Below, one piece after another: positions 62,830-64,000 of a DNA stretch of 64,000 bases. The stretch lies in the NCBI GenBank assembly GCA_013265495.1, contig MU058423.1, positions 9,657,627 to 9,721,626 of the forward strand. Reading direction: 5' to 3'. Under the pieces are notes generated by a model. That model was not told where the DNA came from. It ran no database searches and saw only the letters and a program-made list of their open reading frames with translations. How positions within the stretch are numbered: position 1 is the stretch's first letter; the number at the start of each line of letters is the position of its first letter. The stretch comes from Vicugna vicugna (taxonomy: Eukaryota). A program made the translations under genes and the position numbers.

Positions 62830-64000
62830 CAGATCTTTGGCATCCTGGGGACTATCTGATCTACCAATGCTCACATTTTGCTGCCATTACCATGTCCTGC
62901 CCTCACTTTCTACTACCAGACTGTGGTTCTAGATTCGGGCAGTATAATCTCTCATTTCCTGCTCTCTATTCACTACACTTACCTGGGAAAATCCCAGCCC
63001 CAGCTAAACCCAATTCCTTGACTTTGCCAGAATAACTGAGGTGGGTGGAGAGAAACAACCACATGCTCTTGTCTCACATTAGACTCATGACCACCAACTT
63101 CAAATGGCCCCTACTCCCTCACATCCTAGTATTTTCCAATAGTCTGTTCATGTTCTCACTCTCTGAGGATCAACTCATACCTTCTCCAGTTCTTCAAATC
63201 CTGGCATTTTCAGCTATTGTCTTCAACTTTTATTTCATTCAGAGAATGAGTAATCAGAAGAGGACTCTGCTGTCTTCCAAAGCTGACTACTTGCCTCCAA
63301 CCTCCACCGTCCACAGCTACCACTGTCTCCTTTCTGAACTGGCACAATGGCCTCCTAACTGTTCTTCTAGCTTCCACCCTTGCTACCCCTATAACCTATG
63401 AACCACTCCCTATACAAGAGCCAGAACGATCAAATGATCTTTTGAAGAGGAAATCCAATTGTGTCATTCTGCCCAAACACTCCAAGAGCTTTCCATCACA
63501 TTCAGGAGAAAATCCAGACTCCCCACCTCTCCCTCAAAGCCCTACCCAAGGACCCTGCCTGAGGATTCATGCACCTCATTCATGTTGCTTTGTGCCTTGT
63601 TAGTGTGGCAATCTCACTCTTGCTTGCTACTGCCTCAGGGACTTTGCACTTACTGTTCCTTTGTGTAGGGATGCTGTTCTGCCAGCATTGCTGAGATTAA
63701 CCTCTCACTCCATTCATACTTTTGTTCAAATTTAAACTCTTCAGGGAAGGTTTCTTTGACCACTCGCTCCATCTAAGTGGTCACTCCAGGCCTCCATTAC
63801 TCTTTATTCTTATGCATTATTTTCTTTTTCATCATAGAACTTATCACTGTCTGATAGTTTATCAAGTATTCATTGGCCAATTTTTTATTGCCTTCCTCTC
63901 CCACTAGAATGTAAATTCAATAAGGTCAAGATTTTCTTTATCGTTATGTGTCTGCCTAGTTATTGAGATTGTTTCTGGCAAATAATAGACATTCAGTAAA
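62830..64000. mobile_element. LINE-2 remnant
   Basis: tggcctcctaactgttctt, cctcagggactttgcacttactgttcc, tcagggaaggtttctttgacc, ccactagaatgtaaattcaataagg and gacattcagtaaa motifs. Confidence 0.75.

Noticed and set aside
1..64000. CRISPR arrays, operons, rRNA or other prokaryote-type systems
   Set aside because: The sequence is clearly mammalian (spliced gene, L1/L2/MIR, CpG island). No regularly spaced repeat-spacer array or structural RNA gene was seen.

Overview
Mammalian genomic DNA, most likely a camelid, judging from a Vic-1-like tRNA-derived SINE at ~6.2 kb. The window holds one complete protein-coding gene, PLPPR4 (LPPR4/PRG-1, phospholipid phosphatase-related 4), on the minus strand. 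It has 7 coding exons (61347-61270, 43738-43553, 37814-37685, 35514-35319, 33714-33657, 32901-32728, 30777-29452), all with GT-AG introns and consistent phases, giving 2148 nt and 715 aa. A CpG-island promoter lies at ~61-62.4 kb and the 3'UTR is ~2.5 kb. The rest is AT-rich intronic or intergenic DNA with L1, L2, MIR, hAT DNA transposons, three solo LTRs, microsatellites and one 10-N assembly gap. I see no evidence of a wholly new biological system. Points worth a second look: the upstream start of the long PRG-1 isoform is CTG here, not ATG; the leader has an ATG-TGA start-stop element; sharp GC/CpG-rich tracts over exon 4 and the 3' part of exon 7 look like GC-biased gene conversion; a ~90-bp direct repeat brackets exon 3; one L1 shows a twin-primed inversion; and a CTCF site with an upstream module lies downstream of the gene. 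Repeat family names and human/mouse comparisons come from memory, not from database searches.
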